Positions 1-9,467 are shown, counted from the first letter of the stretch. The stretch: 64,000 bases of DNA from Dehalococcoidia bacterium (GCA_965262865.1 CBDHFZ010000003.1:214566-278565), one strand, 5' to 3'. The notes: generated by a model from the letters alone, not told the origin. A program made the numbers and translations.

Positions 1-1743
1 CATGCTCTCCAGGCCGAGCGCTGCCGACTCTGCTTGGAGCTGCGTTCGCAGGTCTGCCAATTGTTCGTCGGCGTCCTCAACCTGCCGTTGAATCCGCGCC
101 TCTATCTGGGATCCGGAAGACTGGGTCGATGAATGGGTTCTGATGAACAGGAATACGGCGGCCGTGGTCAAGATAGCGCCGATAACGATCAGCCCCAGTG
201 CGCCGACCAACCCGCCGACCGACGCGCCACTCACGCTGAGCAATATGCCAGCGACGATCACTAGGATTCCTGTGATGCCGATCAGAGCAGAAAACGGCGT
301 GACCCAACTGCGTTTCGCGGTGGTCCGCTCGGGTTTCACGTCACCACCGATCTGCGCCCTCAGGTCCTTGCCTCGCACTTCGACGTGGGCCAACTCGCCC
401 AGTGTATTCCTGGACTGGCGTACCTGCCTCCGCCGTGCGAGTATCTCGTTCTCGTCCAGTACCGATGCATGGGAGTCGTCCAAGTCTCCCTGAGCCCGCT
501 CCGCGTCTTGCCTCGCTTCCGTCAAGCCAGTTTCTTCCTGCGTGAGCTTTGTCTGTGAGTTATTGACCGCAACTCTGGCCTGACGCAGACGCTCTCCGTA
601 ACCCGCAACTTCCTCCCTTACCACTACGGACAGGTCGAAGCGGTCCAGGCGGTCCGTATCCCAGTCCGGGCCCAGGTCGGCTAGGGAAGCCTTCAACTGC
701 CCGCGCTTGGTGGATAGTTCCCTCTGTTGCTCCGGGAGATCTTTGACCGACTGATCAAATGCGCTACGGCCTCGTTCCAGATGACGCACTGCATCCGATT
801 GATCGAGAATGGACAGACTGTCGATGGGCAAAACGGCCCTTGCCTCGATAAGTTCCGCTCGTTCCACCGCTTCCTCTCGTTCCCGACGTGAGGTGTCGGC
901 GCGTTCCTCCAGCGCCTCCAGCCGGACGATGCCATTCTCGGGAAACTCCGCAACCACTGGGAGCTCTTTCAATCGCTGTTCAGCATTGATCAGATCGTTC
1001 CAATCATCCCATGCGCGAACCAGGTTCTGACGACCTTCCTGTTCTGCCAGAAGGAGTAGACGACGCTGGCTCAGTGCACTCGACTCTCGCTCGATTTCCG
1101 CCAATCTTTCTGATTGCCTACGGTATTCAGCCGCGTTGCCCGCGATGTCTTGGAGGTCAACATCGACCTCGTCAATTTTGCCGGCGACTTCGTGGATTGC
1201 GTGACTGCTCCCTGTACGCAGAAAAAGCCCCTTCTTCTGGCGCTCCAGCACGTCCAGCGCGCCCGGGAGTTTCTGCGCTCCAATCCCGGCGCTATATATC
1301 TGGAGGTTGACGCTGTTGTCATTCAATAGCCGTTCATCATGTAGTTCATCGACGGTAAATGCGAAAATGTTTTCGAACACACTTCGTGAGTGGTTCCCCA
1401 AGAGGCTGTTCAATTCGGCGACGGGGATTGTCTCGCCTGTGCTCGTGCTCAGCGTGACGGTTCCTGGCCCTCGACCGTGTACTCGTTGGATGGTAACCAA
1501 CTCTCCAGCGTCGGTGAAGACAGTGATCCTTCCTCCCAGCCGGCCACCGGCCAGTGGTGGATAGGGGTTGCCCCTGCTGCGGCCATCCGGAAACCCGAAC
1601 AGCACCCGTCGGACGAACTCAAGCAGCGTGCTCTTGCCCGCCTCGTTCGGACCGTAGAACACAGTGACGGATCGTTCGAAGGGACCAAAGCGACGATCGG
1701 CAAAACTCCCGAAGCCATCGATGTGCAGACTGTGAATCTTCAT
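1..1743 (-). CDS. SbcC/YhaN-like AAA ATPase, N-terminal 581 codons (gene continues beyond the left edge)
   Basis: Not in the ORF track because there is no stop in the window. Hand translation from ATG 1743-1741 gives MKIHSLHIDGFGSFADRRFGPFERSVTVFYGPNEAGKSTLLEFVRRVLFG... (Walker A GPNEAGKST). A long E/R/L/Q-rich coiled-coil-like stretch follows, then two hydrophobic helices (FSALIGITGILVIVAGILLSV and LIVIGAILTTAAVFLFI, nt ~130-330). The frame stays open to nt 1. The start overlaps the stop of the upstream gene (TGATG). Confidence 0.75.
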   Translation of the reverse strand, partial: MKIHSLHIDGFGSFADRRFGPFERSVTVFYGPNEAGKSTLLEFVRRVLFGFPDGRSRGNPYPPLAGGRLGGRITVFTDAGELVTIQRVHGRGPGTVTLSTSTGETIPVAELNSLLGNHSRSVFENIFAFTVDELHDERLLNDNSVNLQIYSAGIGAQKLPGALDVLERQKKGLFLRTGSSHAIHEVAGKIDEVDVDLQDIAGNAAEYRRQSERLAEIERESSALSQRRLLLLAEQEGRQNLVRAWDDWNDLINAEQRLKELPVVAEFPENGIVRLEALEERADTSRREREEAVERAELIEARAVLPIDSLSILDQSDAVRHLERGRSAFDQSVKDLPEQQRELSTKRGQLKASLADLGPDWDTDRLDRFDLSVVVREEVAGYGERLRQARVAVNNSQTKLTQEETGLTEARQDAERAQGDLDDSHASVLDENEILARRRQVRQSRNTLGELAHVEVRGKDLRAQIGGDVKPERTTAKRSWVTPFSALIGITGILVIVAGILLSVSGASVGGLVGALGLIVIGAILTTAAVFLFIRTHSSTQSSGSQIEARIQRQVEDADEQLADLRTQLQAESAALGLESM

Positions 1744-3005
1744 CAGTCGTCGTCCTCCGCAAGCAAATCAATGGCCATGGCCTCCGCTTCGTCAAGCAGA
1801 CCGGCGAACTCCTCGTCGGTTGGTTCGGACACATACCGGCGGAAGCGTCCATGCCGGTAGAGATCTGGCAGCCCTTTCTGCAGCTCGGTCAGAAGCATAG
1901 GAATACCCTTCATCTGGTCCACAGTCCGCAGCACCTCGGCCAGGAAATCTGCACCCTCGCGCCTGACACCGCGATCAAGCGGCGATGCGGTTGCGTCCTC
2001 GATTCGCTCGCACCACGCGAATGGCAGCCGCCTCGCCCATGCATCGTTGATTTCTTCAAGTAGGTGTTTCACTGCATCCGGCTGGCGCAGAAGTCGGTTC
2101 ACCTCCCCCCGACCCGTCAGAGTTATTCGGGATACAACCGATCTGCCCTCGGCGCCATCCAGCACCGTCTGCATCTCGCTATGCAGCTTATCCAGCAGGT
2201 CCTGCTCCGTCTCAAACACGCCGATATCAATACCGGCCCGCTCCCATCGCACGGTGTCCGTGGCGCGAAAATCCAAGCGGACGTTCCCACCGGCGTCAAC
2301 TTCGACAAGGTACGCTCCTCGGGCGCCGGTCTCATTCGGGTGCCGGCCTTGAGAATTGCCCGGATACACCACAGTAGGAGATCGATCATTGAGTATCTGG
2401 CGCGTATGGACATGTCCCAGCGCCCAGTAGTCAATGCCAGATTGGACCAGGTCGTCCAGCGAGCATGGCGCGTATAACGCATGGTCGGGGTTGCCGCCCA
2501 CGTTGGCGTGCAGGAGTCCAATGGAGAAGGCGTGGTCGGCCACCGGGCCAAGACGCAGGGCCAGGTTATCGTAGACGTCACGGGTTGGATAACTGATGCC
2601 GTACACGACGGCCCGGTCGGGTTCGTCAGAGAATACGGGCACAGCCTGAAAGTCTCCGCCGAACCGATAACATCCGGCAGGGTATTCCAGCCGTGCCTCC
2701 CACCCGTCCAGCGGATCGTGATTGCCATGGCATACGAAGGACCGAATGCCCGCGGCCTCCAGCCTGCGCAAGCCTTCAATAAAGGCACGCTGAGCGCGCA
2801 GGCTGCGGTCGGCGCCGTCGTAGATGTCCCCGGCGACGAGCAGGGCATCCACACGTTCGGAGATGCAAAGGTCGATGATGTTGTTATAGGCGTCGAACGT
2901 CGCTGCGTACAGGGACTGCGTCACCGTGTCAGGGGCTACTGCCCTAAGCCCCGAGAAAGGGCTGTCTAGGTGAAGGTCGGCGGCGTGAACGAATCGAAGG
3001 CTCAT
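1743..3005 (-). CDS. sbcD: SbcD/Mre11-family (YhaO-like) metallophosphoesterase nuclease subunit
   Basis: ORF 1743..3053. The likely start is the internal Met at 3005, giving MSLRFVHAADLHLDSPF. Calcineurin-like phosphoesterase motifs DLHLD, AGDIYDG, GNHDP, GLLHANV and GHVH are present. The stop overlaps the start of the downstream ATPase gene. Confidence 0.85.
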   Translation of the reverse strand: MSLRFVHAADLHLDSPFSGLRAVAPDTVTQSLYAATFDAYNNIIDLCISERVDALLVAGDIYDGADRSLRAQRAFIEGLRRLEAAGIRSFVCHGNHDPLDGWEARLEYPAGCYRFGGDFQAVPVFSDEPDRAVVYGISYPTRDVYDNLALRLGPVADHAFSIGLLHANVGGNPDHALYAPCSLDDLVQSGIDYWALGHVHTRQILNDRSPTVVYPGNSQGRHPNETGARGAYLVEVDAGGNVRLDFRATDTVRWERAGIDIGVFETEQDLLDKLHSEMQTVLDGAEGRSVVSRITLTGRGEVNRLLRQPDAVKHLLEEINDAWARRLPFAWCERIEDATASPLDRGVRREGADFLAEVLRTVDQMKGIPMLLTELQKGLPDLYRHGRFRRYVSEPTDEEFAGLLDEAEAMAIDLLAEDDD

Positions 3006-3698
3006 AATCTGCTCAAGTAGGTTCTGTTCGCATGTACATGGTGCCACACCCATCGCCCCTGTTCCTATAGTTCAAAGGCAAATGGAATCACCACATGACC
3101 GAAGCTGCGCATCGTAGCGCAGTCACCGCACGAGTCGTAAGACCAGCGAACGAACCACCACAGTCGACGGAGGATTGAAGCTAGGGCACCTAAACGGGTC
3201 CAAACTTCAGTGTTTGTATCGTATTGATAACGGCTAGGGTTCGCACAATGGTCCCTTATGACGCACATGATCTCCGTGACCGCCCGCCTGGAATTTGAAG
3301 TTATCACCGCCGGAACATACGTCATTGAAGCCGGAACGACCACATCCGGCACTCCCGGCACCTGCACCTTGGTGGTGACCAGCACCAACTAGCGCAGATC
3401 CGCCAAACCCACACCGCGACGGCAGTACCACAACTGCAGCAGGGCATCTGCACCATCAGCGCCCACTGGTTTTCGCTCCACGCGACGTGGACGGCGCCGC
3501 AGTTGATGCACGTGCCGCGGGCGTACGGTACCTCGCCAGGACCTTCCAGATACGCCGGCGCCGCGGTGAACACCTCCTGGATCTATTCACTGGTGAAACT
3601 GTCCTCGACGAGGTGGCCAACCATGCCCACCATCTGCTGCAGGTAATCCACCTGATCAGCCATATGACCTCCCCGGCCTAGGCCGTTTCCACAGCGGG

Positions 3699-4253
3699 CT
3701 ATGGTACTTCCGCCATCGAATACGTGCTGCCCACGATGGGCAGATAGATCCGGAGCGTCACCTGCACGTTGGCGTGGCCCAGCCAGCTGCTCACCACGTT
3801 GAGCGGAACCCGGCCGACCATCAGCCAGTGCCGGGCGGCGCTAAGCCGCAGGCTGTGAGCGCCAGCCAGCCGTTTGCCAGTCCCGGGCGACTCCTCATCG
3901 AGGCCCGCCCACCGGATACCATCGCCGATATGCCGCAGGGCGGTCCGCATGGTGAGCGTCACCACCGGGTCCCTGGGTGAGTGCTTCACCGGCCAATTGG
4001 TGAAGAGCTGCACCATTTCATCATGCAACGGCACCGTGCGCGCCTTCCCCGACTTCGATTCCCTCACCAACAGCGTCGGGGCCTCGGACCGGTAGTCCAA
4101 GTCCCGCCACTCCAATGCCAGGACCTCGGAGATCCGCAGGCCGGTGCGCCACATGATTAGCGCCAGGGCCCGCGCCTGGAGACGGTTGTGGACCGCCAGC
4201 GCACCCAGCAGCCGGCCCACCTGATCAACGGTCCAGTAATGCGGCACGTCCAT
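3699..4253 (-). CDS. Compact tyrosine recombinase (catalytic domain only, 184 aa)
   Basis: Catalytic signature is readable: RTGLRISE (Arg I), SKSGKARTVPL (Lys), HSLRLSAARHW (HxxR), WLGHANVQVTLRIYL (His/Tyr). There is no N-terminal core-binding domain. Confidence 0.8.
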   Translation of the reverse strand: MDVPHYWTVDQVGRLLGALAVHNRLQARALALIMWRTGLRISEVLALEWRDLDYRSEAPTLLVRESKSGKARTVPLHDEMVQLFTNWPVKHSPRDPVVTLTMRTALRHIGDGIRWAGLDEESPGTGKRLAGAHSLRLSAARHWLMVGRVPLNVVSSWLGHANVQVTLRIYLPIVGSTYSMAEVP

Positions 4254-4256
4254 GCT

Positions 4257-4282
4257 GGCAGATTACATTTATAAAGTCTGCC
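4257..4282. repeat. Recombinase-core-site-like imperfect palindrome, copy a (GGCAGATTA-N8-AAGTCTGCC), followed by CCGGCAA
   Basis: Read directly. It lies 4 nt upstream of the recombinase start codon (4253) and is related to copies at 4354 and 5500. Confidence 0.55.
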
Positions 4283-4353
4283 AAAACAACCGGCAACTGT
4301 CATCAGTGAACGACTGCCCGTAAGGTCGATTCATAGGGCCCTCCCCAAAAAGT

Positions 4354-4378
4354 GGCAGAGTTCGGCCCAAACTCTGCC
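4354..4378. repeat. Recombinase-core-site-like palindrome, copy b (GGCAGAGTT-CGGCCCA-AACTCTGCC), followed by ACCGGCAA
   Basis: Perfect 9-bp inverted arms around a 7-bp spacer. The ~40-bp context (CCAAAAAGTGGCAGAG...CCACCGGCAA) is repeated at 5492-5532. Confidence 0.6.
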
Positions 4379-4697
4379 ACCGGCAATCAACACTACGTTG
4401 CCCAAATTCCCGCACCACGCGGCCCAGGACACGTCCTGCAGCTTCAAGCGGAAATTGGCCGCACGCGGTTTCCTGGCAGTAGACTGACGACACCGGCCAC
4501 CAACGACCAACGGGGCGGCCGAGTTTTGTGCCGGGGGCTGCTAGAAATTCGCCACAGTCTCCGGAACCAAGCAACGTACCGGGGCCTCTCAGCAGCCTCT
4601 GTTGCTGTTCACAAAAACGCGGATCCAGTTTTGCAATCTTCTGACCATAGCCTCGCCATAAAGAACACGATACGATCTTGGAGAAAGGAGCAACCTC

Positions 4698-5408
4698 ATG
4701 TCAACTTACGAATGTGAATATGTTTACTGCGCCGACATAGGGTCTATGCAGACCGGTAAGAAAAGAAATGAAAATCATTTTGGTTGGGCCGGAGTATCAA
4801 TCTGTCCGAATGGACAACAATCCCCATGGCGAAAAGGCAAGGATATGCAGGAACTGGTGGACGTTGTCGCCGACCGTTTGAACCAAGGTGCCAAGGTTGC
4901 CTTGGGTTTCGAATGCCCACTATGGGTTCCGGTCCGGGACGACCCCAAGACACTTACCTCGCAGCGGTGTGGTGAAGGAACTCCATCCTGGGCTAGTCGG
5001 ACAGGGGCCACCGTTCTAACCACCGGATTGGCACAGGTCTCATGGATTCTCCAAAAGATTCGCGAGAAACCGGTGAACTCGAGAGCCTTCTTGGACTGGA
5101 ACTCGTACCGGACATCTAAAGACGGACTTTTCATATGGGAAGCATTCGTTTCTGGGAAAGCGAAAGTTTCTGGGAAAGCGAAAGTTTCTGGGAAAGCGAA
5201 AACGGACTCGCACATAGGAGACGCAAAGGTGGCGGTTGCCGCTTTTTTAAAGGCTTTCCCGTCGCTGGAAACTTCGATTCTGGAAACTTCGATTACCGAG
5301 CCTCCAGGATCGAAGACACGTTCCCTGATAGGCGCTGCCCTGCTTTGGGCATCCTGGTCCAAAGACCCTTCTCTTCTGCACCAGCCCTGTACAGTGATAA
5401 AGGCATAA
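4698..5408 (+). CDS. Hypothetical protein with in-frame tandem repeats (VSGKAK x3, LETSI x2)
   Basis: 236-aa ORF with SD-like GAGAAAGGAG 8 nt upstream of the ATG. It is visibly AT-richer than its neighbours. An 18-bp unit GTTTCTGGGAAAGCGAAA occurs x3 (5148-5201) and a 15-bp unit CTGGAAACTTCGATT occurs x2 (5265-5294). No family recognised with confidence. Confidence 0.6.
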   Translation: MSTYECEYVYCADIGSMQTGKKRNENHFGWAGVSICPNGQQSPWRKGKDMQELVDVVADRLNQGAKVALGFECPLWVPVRDDPKTLTSQRCGEGTPSWASRTGATVLTTGLAQVSWILQKIREKPVNSRAFLDWNSYRTSKDGLFIWEAFVSGKAKVSGKAKVSGKAKTDSHIGDAKVAVAAFLKAFPSLETSILETSITEPPGSKTRSLIGAALLWASWSKDPSLLHQPCTVIKA

Positions 5409-5499
5409 GGTCCGACAACCAAAATCACGAATTCGCGGAACAACGATTGACCGTCAGCAATTTCGCTACGAACAGCGACGACGGCCGCAGGCCAAAAAT

Positions 5500-5524
5500 G
5501 GCAGACTTTGGGGCAAACTCTGCC
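5500..5524. repeat. Recombinase-core-site-like palindrome, copy c (GGCAGACTT-TGGGGCA-AACTCTGCC), followed by ACCGGCAA
   Basis: Direct repeat of copy b, on the other side of gene 4698..5408. Confidence 0.6.
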
Positions 5525-5740
5525 ACCGGCAACGCCGCGGCCGCGTCAGAGGCAGAGGCAGACGGCGGCGAAATGTTCCGGCCGCATACCCCGTCCGAAG
5601 CGGTTCTCAGGGCACACCGGACCAGCGACTTTTTACGTTTCCGGAAATATGGAGCTAAACCGCTCCCAGCAATGGGGTCGACTCCGGTAGGGGGCAGAAT
5701 CATACGCTAAGGCCGCCAGTCGGTAAGGCTGCCCCAAGGG

Positions 5741-7342
5741 CTAGCCAACGCCATCGGCGCCCCTCCGCAACACCCTCCCAGGCAGAGCCCCAGTGTGCTC
5801 TGCCTCATCAATGACCACCTCCCCGTTCGCCACCACCGTCGAGATGCCCGTAGCGTACTGGTGGGGGTCGTCGTAGGTGGCTACCTCCGCTACGGTGTCC
5901 GGGTCGAAGACCGTGACGTCGGCCCAGTTACCCTCTTTCAGGGTGCCCCGGTCCACCAATCGCAGGGCCTCTGCTGACCCGCCGGTCATCTTGTGTACAG
6001 CGGTGTGCAGAGGCATCAGGCCCAGGTCGCGGACGTAATGGCCGAGAACCCGGACAAAGGTGCCGTAGAAGCGGGGGTGCGGCTTACCCTGGCCGGTGAT
6101 GCCGTAGGGGGCCAATGAGTTACCGTCGGAGCCCACCAGGACCATGGGCGAGCGCAGGATTTCCTGCACGTCCTCTTCCGCCATCGAGGTAACCACGATG
6201 CGGGTATGCCCCCTGTCGGCCAGGAGGATGTCGCAGGCGGCGTCCAACTGATCGATGCCCCTGGCCTCGGCCACCTGGCCCACCGTCTGGCCAGCCAGCT
6301 CGGGCATCTCGGGGCTGATGGCGATGCGGACGGCGTGCCATGATTCCACTCGCCCGAAATTGTTGAGCCCGTCCTGCAGGATACCACCCCGAATGCGCTC
6401 CCTTGCCTCGCCGTCCCGCAGTCGCCCGAGCATGGGCTCCACTCCTCCCTCCTGCACCCAGACGGGGAGCAGGTTGCGCAAGGGGTTGGTGCCAGCCGTG
6501 TAGGGATATTGATCGCAGAACAGGTCGATGCCCCGTTCCCTCGCATCGCTGATCAGCGACAGCAGCGACGGCACGTCGCCCCAGTTGTCCATGCCCGAGA
6601 GCTTCAGGTGAGCGATCTGCACCCTCACTCCGGCACTTTGGCCGATGCCAATAGCCTCGCGTACTGCGTCGAACACATGGTTGGCCTCGTCGCGGATGTG
6701 CGAGGCATAGGTGGCGCCGTGCTGGCGCAAGACACCTGCCAAGGCCAGCAACTCCTCGGTCTGCGCATAGTTGCCCGGCGCAGTGAACAGCCCGGTGGAC
6801 ATGCCCAAGGCGCCCGCCTCCAGGCCTTCGGCGAGGAGTTGCTGCATGTGTGACAGCTCGCTGGCAGTAGGGTCTCGCGCCTCCAGGCCCATGGTCATTA
6901 GACGCAGGGTCGCGTGACCCACCTGCATCACCGTGTTCACCGAGGTGGAAGGGAAGCCGTCCAGGTACTGGGCAAAGGTGCGCGGCTCGTAGTCCAGCCA
7001 GGGAGCCCCAGCCCTCAGGTATTCCTGAAGGGCCTCGGCCTTGCCGGGCAACACAGGAGCAGTGGAGTAGCCGCAGTTGCCCACCACCTCCGTGGTGACC
7101 CCTTGGCGGACCTTGCTTTCGGCCAGCGGGTTCAGGGGGAGGGTGAAGTCGGAGTGGGTGTGGATGTCGATGAAACCCGGAGCGACGATCTGTCCCGAGG
7201 CGTCTATCACCCGTTGCGCCTCTCGGTCTTCACAGTCTCCCACAGCAGTGATGCGTCCATTTCTGATGGCAACGTCCGCCCGCCGCGCCGGTGTCCCATT
7301 CCCGTCAATCACCTGTCCACCACGGATCAATAGGTCTTCCAT
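5741..7342 (-). CDS. D-aminoacylase / N-acyl-D-amino-acid deacylase family amidohydrolase
   Basis: 533 aa. The N-terminus MEDLLIRGGQVIDGNGTPARRADVAIRNGRITAVGD and GFIDIHTHSDF (HxH metal site) match the amidohydrolase superfamily. Length and the C-terminal beta-sandwich-like tail (VVANGEVVIDEAEHTGALPGRVLRR) are typical of D-aminoacylases. Confidence 0.85.
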   Translation of the reverse strand: MEDLLIRGGQVIDGNGTPARRADVAIRNGRITAVGDCEDREAQRVIDASGQIVAPGFIDIHTHSDFTLPLNPLAESKVRQGVTTEVVGNCGYSTAPVLPGKAEALQEYLRAGAPWLDYEPRTFAQYLDGFPSTSVNTVMQVGHATLRLMTMGLEARDPTASELSHMQQLLAEGLEAGALGMSTGLFTAPGNYAQTEELLALAGVLRQHGATYASHIRDEANHVFDAVREAIGIGQSAGVRVQIAHLKLSGMDNWGDVPSLLSLISDARERGIDLFCDQYPYTAGTNPLRNLLPVWVQEGGVEPMLGRLRDGEARERIRGGILQDGLNNFGRVESWHAVRIAISPEMPELAGQTVGQVAEARGIDQLDAACDILLADRGHTRIVVTSMAEEDVQEILRSPMVLVGSDGNSLAPYGITGQGKPHPRFYGTFVRVLGHYVRDLGLMPLHTAVHKMTGGSAEALRLVDRGTLKEGNWADVTVFDPDTVAEVATYDDPHQYATGISTVVANGEVVIDEAEHTGALPGRVLRRGADGVG

Positions 7343-7723
7343 CCGTTGCTCCTTGATGTCGGGTCCGATGGCCGGCCAGTCTACCGCCAGTTACGAACCG
7401 GCTGATAGCTCCTCGACTAGGCGCCGCTTGCGGCCGGGACCGATTCGGACGTCACACCGTCTGACGGTATGGGGTTAGTTTACGGCAGAACCGCCTCGTC
7501 CTCCACGATCTCAATTCCCGTTGCGCAGTTGCGGATGAGAGACTTCCACACCAAGATGGCGCCTTCCTTCAGGAGTTCCCGGAAGTCGGCCACGTACCCC
7601 TAAGTCTTCCTACTGGTGGGCAGCTCCGCCTGCCGCTGCAGCCGAGCAGCGGGGCAAGGAACAGGAATTGTCGAAGGGACTGTGATGAGAGACGGGTAGA
7701 ATGGAGGGTGGACTCCACGAAGA

Positions 7724-9397
7724 ATGAGGAACCCCCCAGTGGTGCGAACTATCATCCAAGCAACCCCTATCATCCTGATACTCATGGCAACCCTGGCAGC
7801 CTGCTCCGGTCCGGCACCGGACCCGATAGCAACATCGACACCGACAGCAACGGCGACGCCAACGGCCGCACCGACTGCAACGGCGAACCCAACGGCCGCA
7901 CCGACGGAGACGCCAACCATTTCCCCAGTCCCAGAGGAACCAACACCAACCCAAACACCCGAAGGGAGACTCGCTCCCGTTCGGCTTCAGGACTCCGAGT
8001 CCCTACAGTCCGCTCTCTCCAACGCAGAGCTCGCGTGCATCGGTGATGACCCCGAGACCCTGAACCGGTCGCTTACAGGGCAGGGACCCGCATCCCGGGA
8101 AGAGCAGGCCAGGCTCATTGGGTGTCTCAACGACGAGACCCTGGCTCGGCTTTTCCTGGCAGGATTTGTACCCGGGCCAGGGCCGCTCAGCACAGAATCC
8201 TCCGAATGTGTCCGAGCCGCATTCGACGTCATCAACCCCAGGGAGGTGATGACCGCGGGCTTGGAAGGCAACCCCGGAATGGCAATGGCCTCAAGCATGG
8301 TCGCACTTTCGGTGACCATGGCATGTCTCAACGACGAGGAGTGGGATCAGGCCGCTCCGGCAGTGGGAATATCCGAGGAGGAACGGGCAGGAGCCCAGTG
8401 CCTCATGGCCGGGCTCGGAGGACCAAGGCAGATGGCGGAGGCGATGCAAGCTGCCGGGGAGGGAGACTTCACCAAGCTGGCCGAGGCAGGAGCGGTGTGC
8501 GGGCTGGACATGGCACCGGCATCCGGGCAAGCGCCAGTCACACCCCCTCCGACTCCGACAGTGGCATCAACAGCAACGAGCACACCGACTGCGACGCCGA
8601 CTAGAACCCCTCCAACACCGGCCCCGACTACAACGACCACCCTGGTGATCACCGTGGCCGCGGTCCCCGCGGACATCCCTGATTACGACCGGTCCGACTG
8701 GCGGCACTGGACGGACGAGGATGGAGACTGTCAGGACGCGAGGCAGGAAGTTCTGATCGCCGAAAGCCTGGAGTCCGTGACCTACGAAACCGACAGGGAA
8801 TGCAGGGTGGAGACTGGCCAGTGGTGGGCACCGCACCTGGGGCATCACCTGGGCAACCCTTCTCATTTGGACGTCGACCACCACGTGCCGCTCCGGAACG
8901 CCCACGTCTCCGGCGGATGGGCCTGGACACCAGCGGAGAAAGAGGAGTACGCCAACTACCTAGGGGACCCGGCTCACCTGGTGTCGATCAGTTCCCGGCA
9001 CAACCGGAGCAAGGGCGCCCGGGGACCGGAGGAGTGGAGGCCTCCGGACGATGAGCTGTGGTGCCAGTACGCCCATGACTGGGCGGAGATAAAGTCTCTG
9101 TGGGATCTCACCATGATAGAGCCCGAGGCAGAGGCCGTGACGGAGATGCTACACACTTGCCAGAACCCGCCGATGGTGGAAGTGGAGGTCTGGGTAGCCC
9201 TGGAGACGGCGACGGGGGAACAGAAGCCGACGCCGACGAAGGAGCTTCAAAGTTCAGTGTACGGTTCCTGCGAGGAAGCGGAGGCCGCGGGGGAGCAGAG
9301 GCTGCAGGGAAGTCAGGGAGGAGGGCAGGGTTTCCCCAAAGCGATGGTCCCGAGCGCGAGAGACGGAGACGGGGATGGCGTGGTCTGTGAAAAGTAG
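7724..9397 (+). CDS. Secreted lipoprotein with DUF1524/HNH-type nuclease domain and C-terminal Excalibur Ca-binding domain
   Basis: Signal peptide plus lipobox (ILILMATLAAC). Pro/Thr-rich linkers (PTATATPTAAPTATANPTAAPTETPT; PPPTPTVASTATSTPTATPTRTPPTPAPTTTT). Nuclease core DYDRSDWRHW...LDVDHHVPLRNAHVSGGW...HLVSISSRHNRSKG. Tail SARDGDGDGVVCEK matches the Excalibur DxDxDGxxCE motif. Confidence 0.8.
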   Translation: MRNPPVVRTIIQATPIILILMATLAACSGPAPDPIATSTPTATATPTAAPTATANPTAAPTETPTISPVPEEPTPTQTPEGRLAPVRLQDSESLQSALSNAELACIGDDPETLNRSLTGQGPASREEQARLIGCLNDETLARLFLAGFVPGPGPLSTESSECVRAAFDVINPREVMTAGLEGNPGMAMASSMVALSVTMACLNDEEWDQAAPAVGISEEERAGAQCLMAGLGGPRQMAEAMQAAGEGDFTKLAEAGAVCGLDMAPASGQAPVTPPPTPTVASTATSTPTATPTRTPPTPAPTTTTTLVITVAAVPADIPDYDRSDWRHWTDEDGDCQDARQEVLIAESLESVTYETDRECRVETGQWWAPHLGHHLGNPSHLDVDHHVPLRNAHVSGGWAWTPAEKEEYANYLGDPAHLVSISSRHNRSKGARGPEEWRPPDDELWCQYAHDWAEIKSLWDLTMIEPEAEAVTEMLHTCQNPPMVEVEVWVALETATGEQKPTPTKELQSSVYGSCEEAEAAGEQRLQGSQGGGQGFPKAMVPSARDGDGDGVVCEK

Positions 9398-9467
9398 ATT
9401 CTCTCCCTGAGAAGCATGAATTAACAAAGATCTCGAGGATACAATGTTCCTAAGGACTGGGTGAATT

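Noticed and set aside
3322-3663. Minus-strand frame MADQVDYLQQMVGMVGHLVEDSFTSE*IQEVFTAAPAYLEGPGEVPYARGTCINCGAVHV... with an in-frame TAG (3585-3583). Together with the TAG in IS607 tnpA it raised the idea of stop-codon recoding.
   Set aside because: There are only two cases, one of them in an obviously decaying IS. No Pyl-type machinery is visible and the tail of the ORF is Cys/Trp/Arg-rich nonsense. It is most simply a pseudogene or non-coding.
4254-4700. Looked for a tRNA gene as the integration target next to the tyrosine recombinase
   Set aside because: No cloverleaf-like segment or T-loop GTTCRANYC motif could be recognised by eye. This cannot be excluded without tRNAscan-SE.
4352-4717. 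ORF MAEFGPNSATGN..., and the similar MADFGANSATGN at 5498, suggesting a duplicated gene start
   Set aside because: The shared peptide is just the translation of the repeated palindromic site. The downstream sequences are unrelated and non-protein-like.
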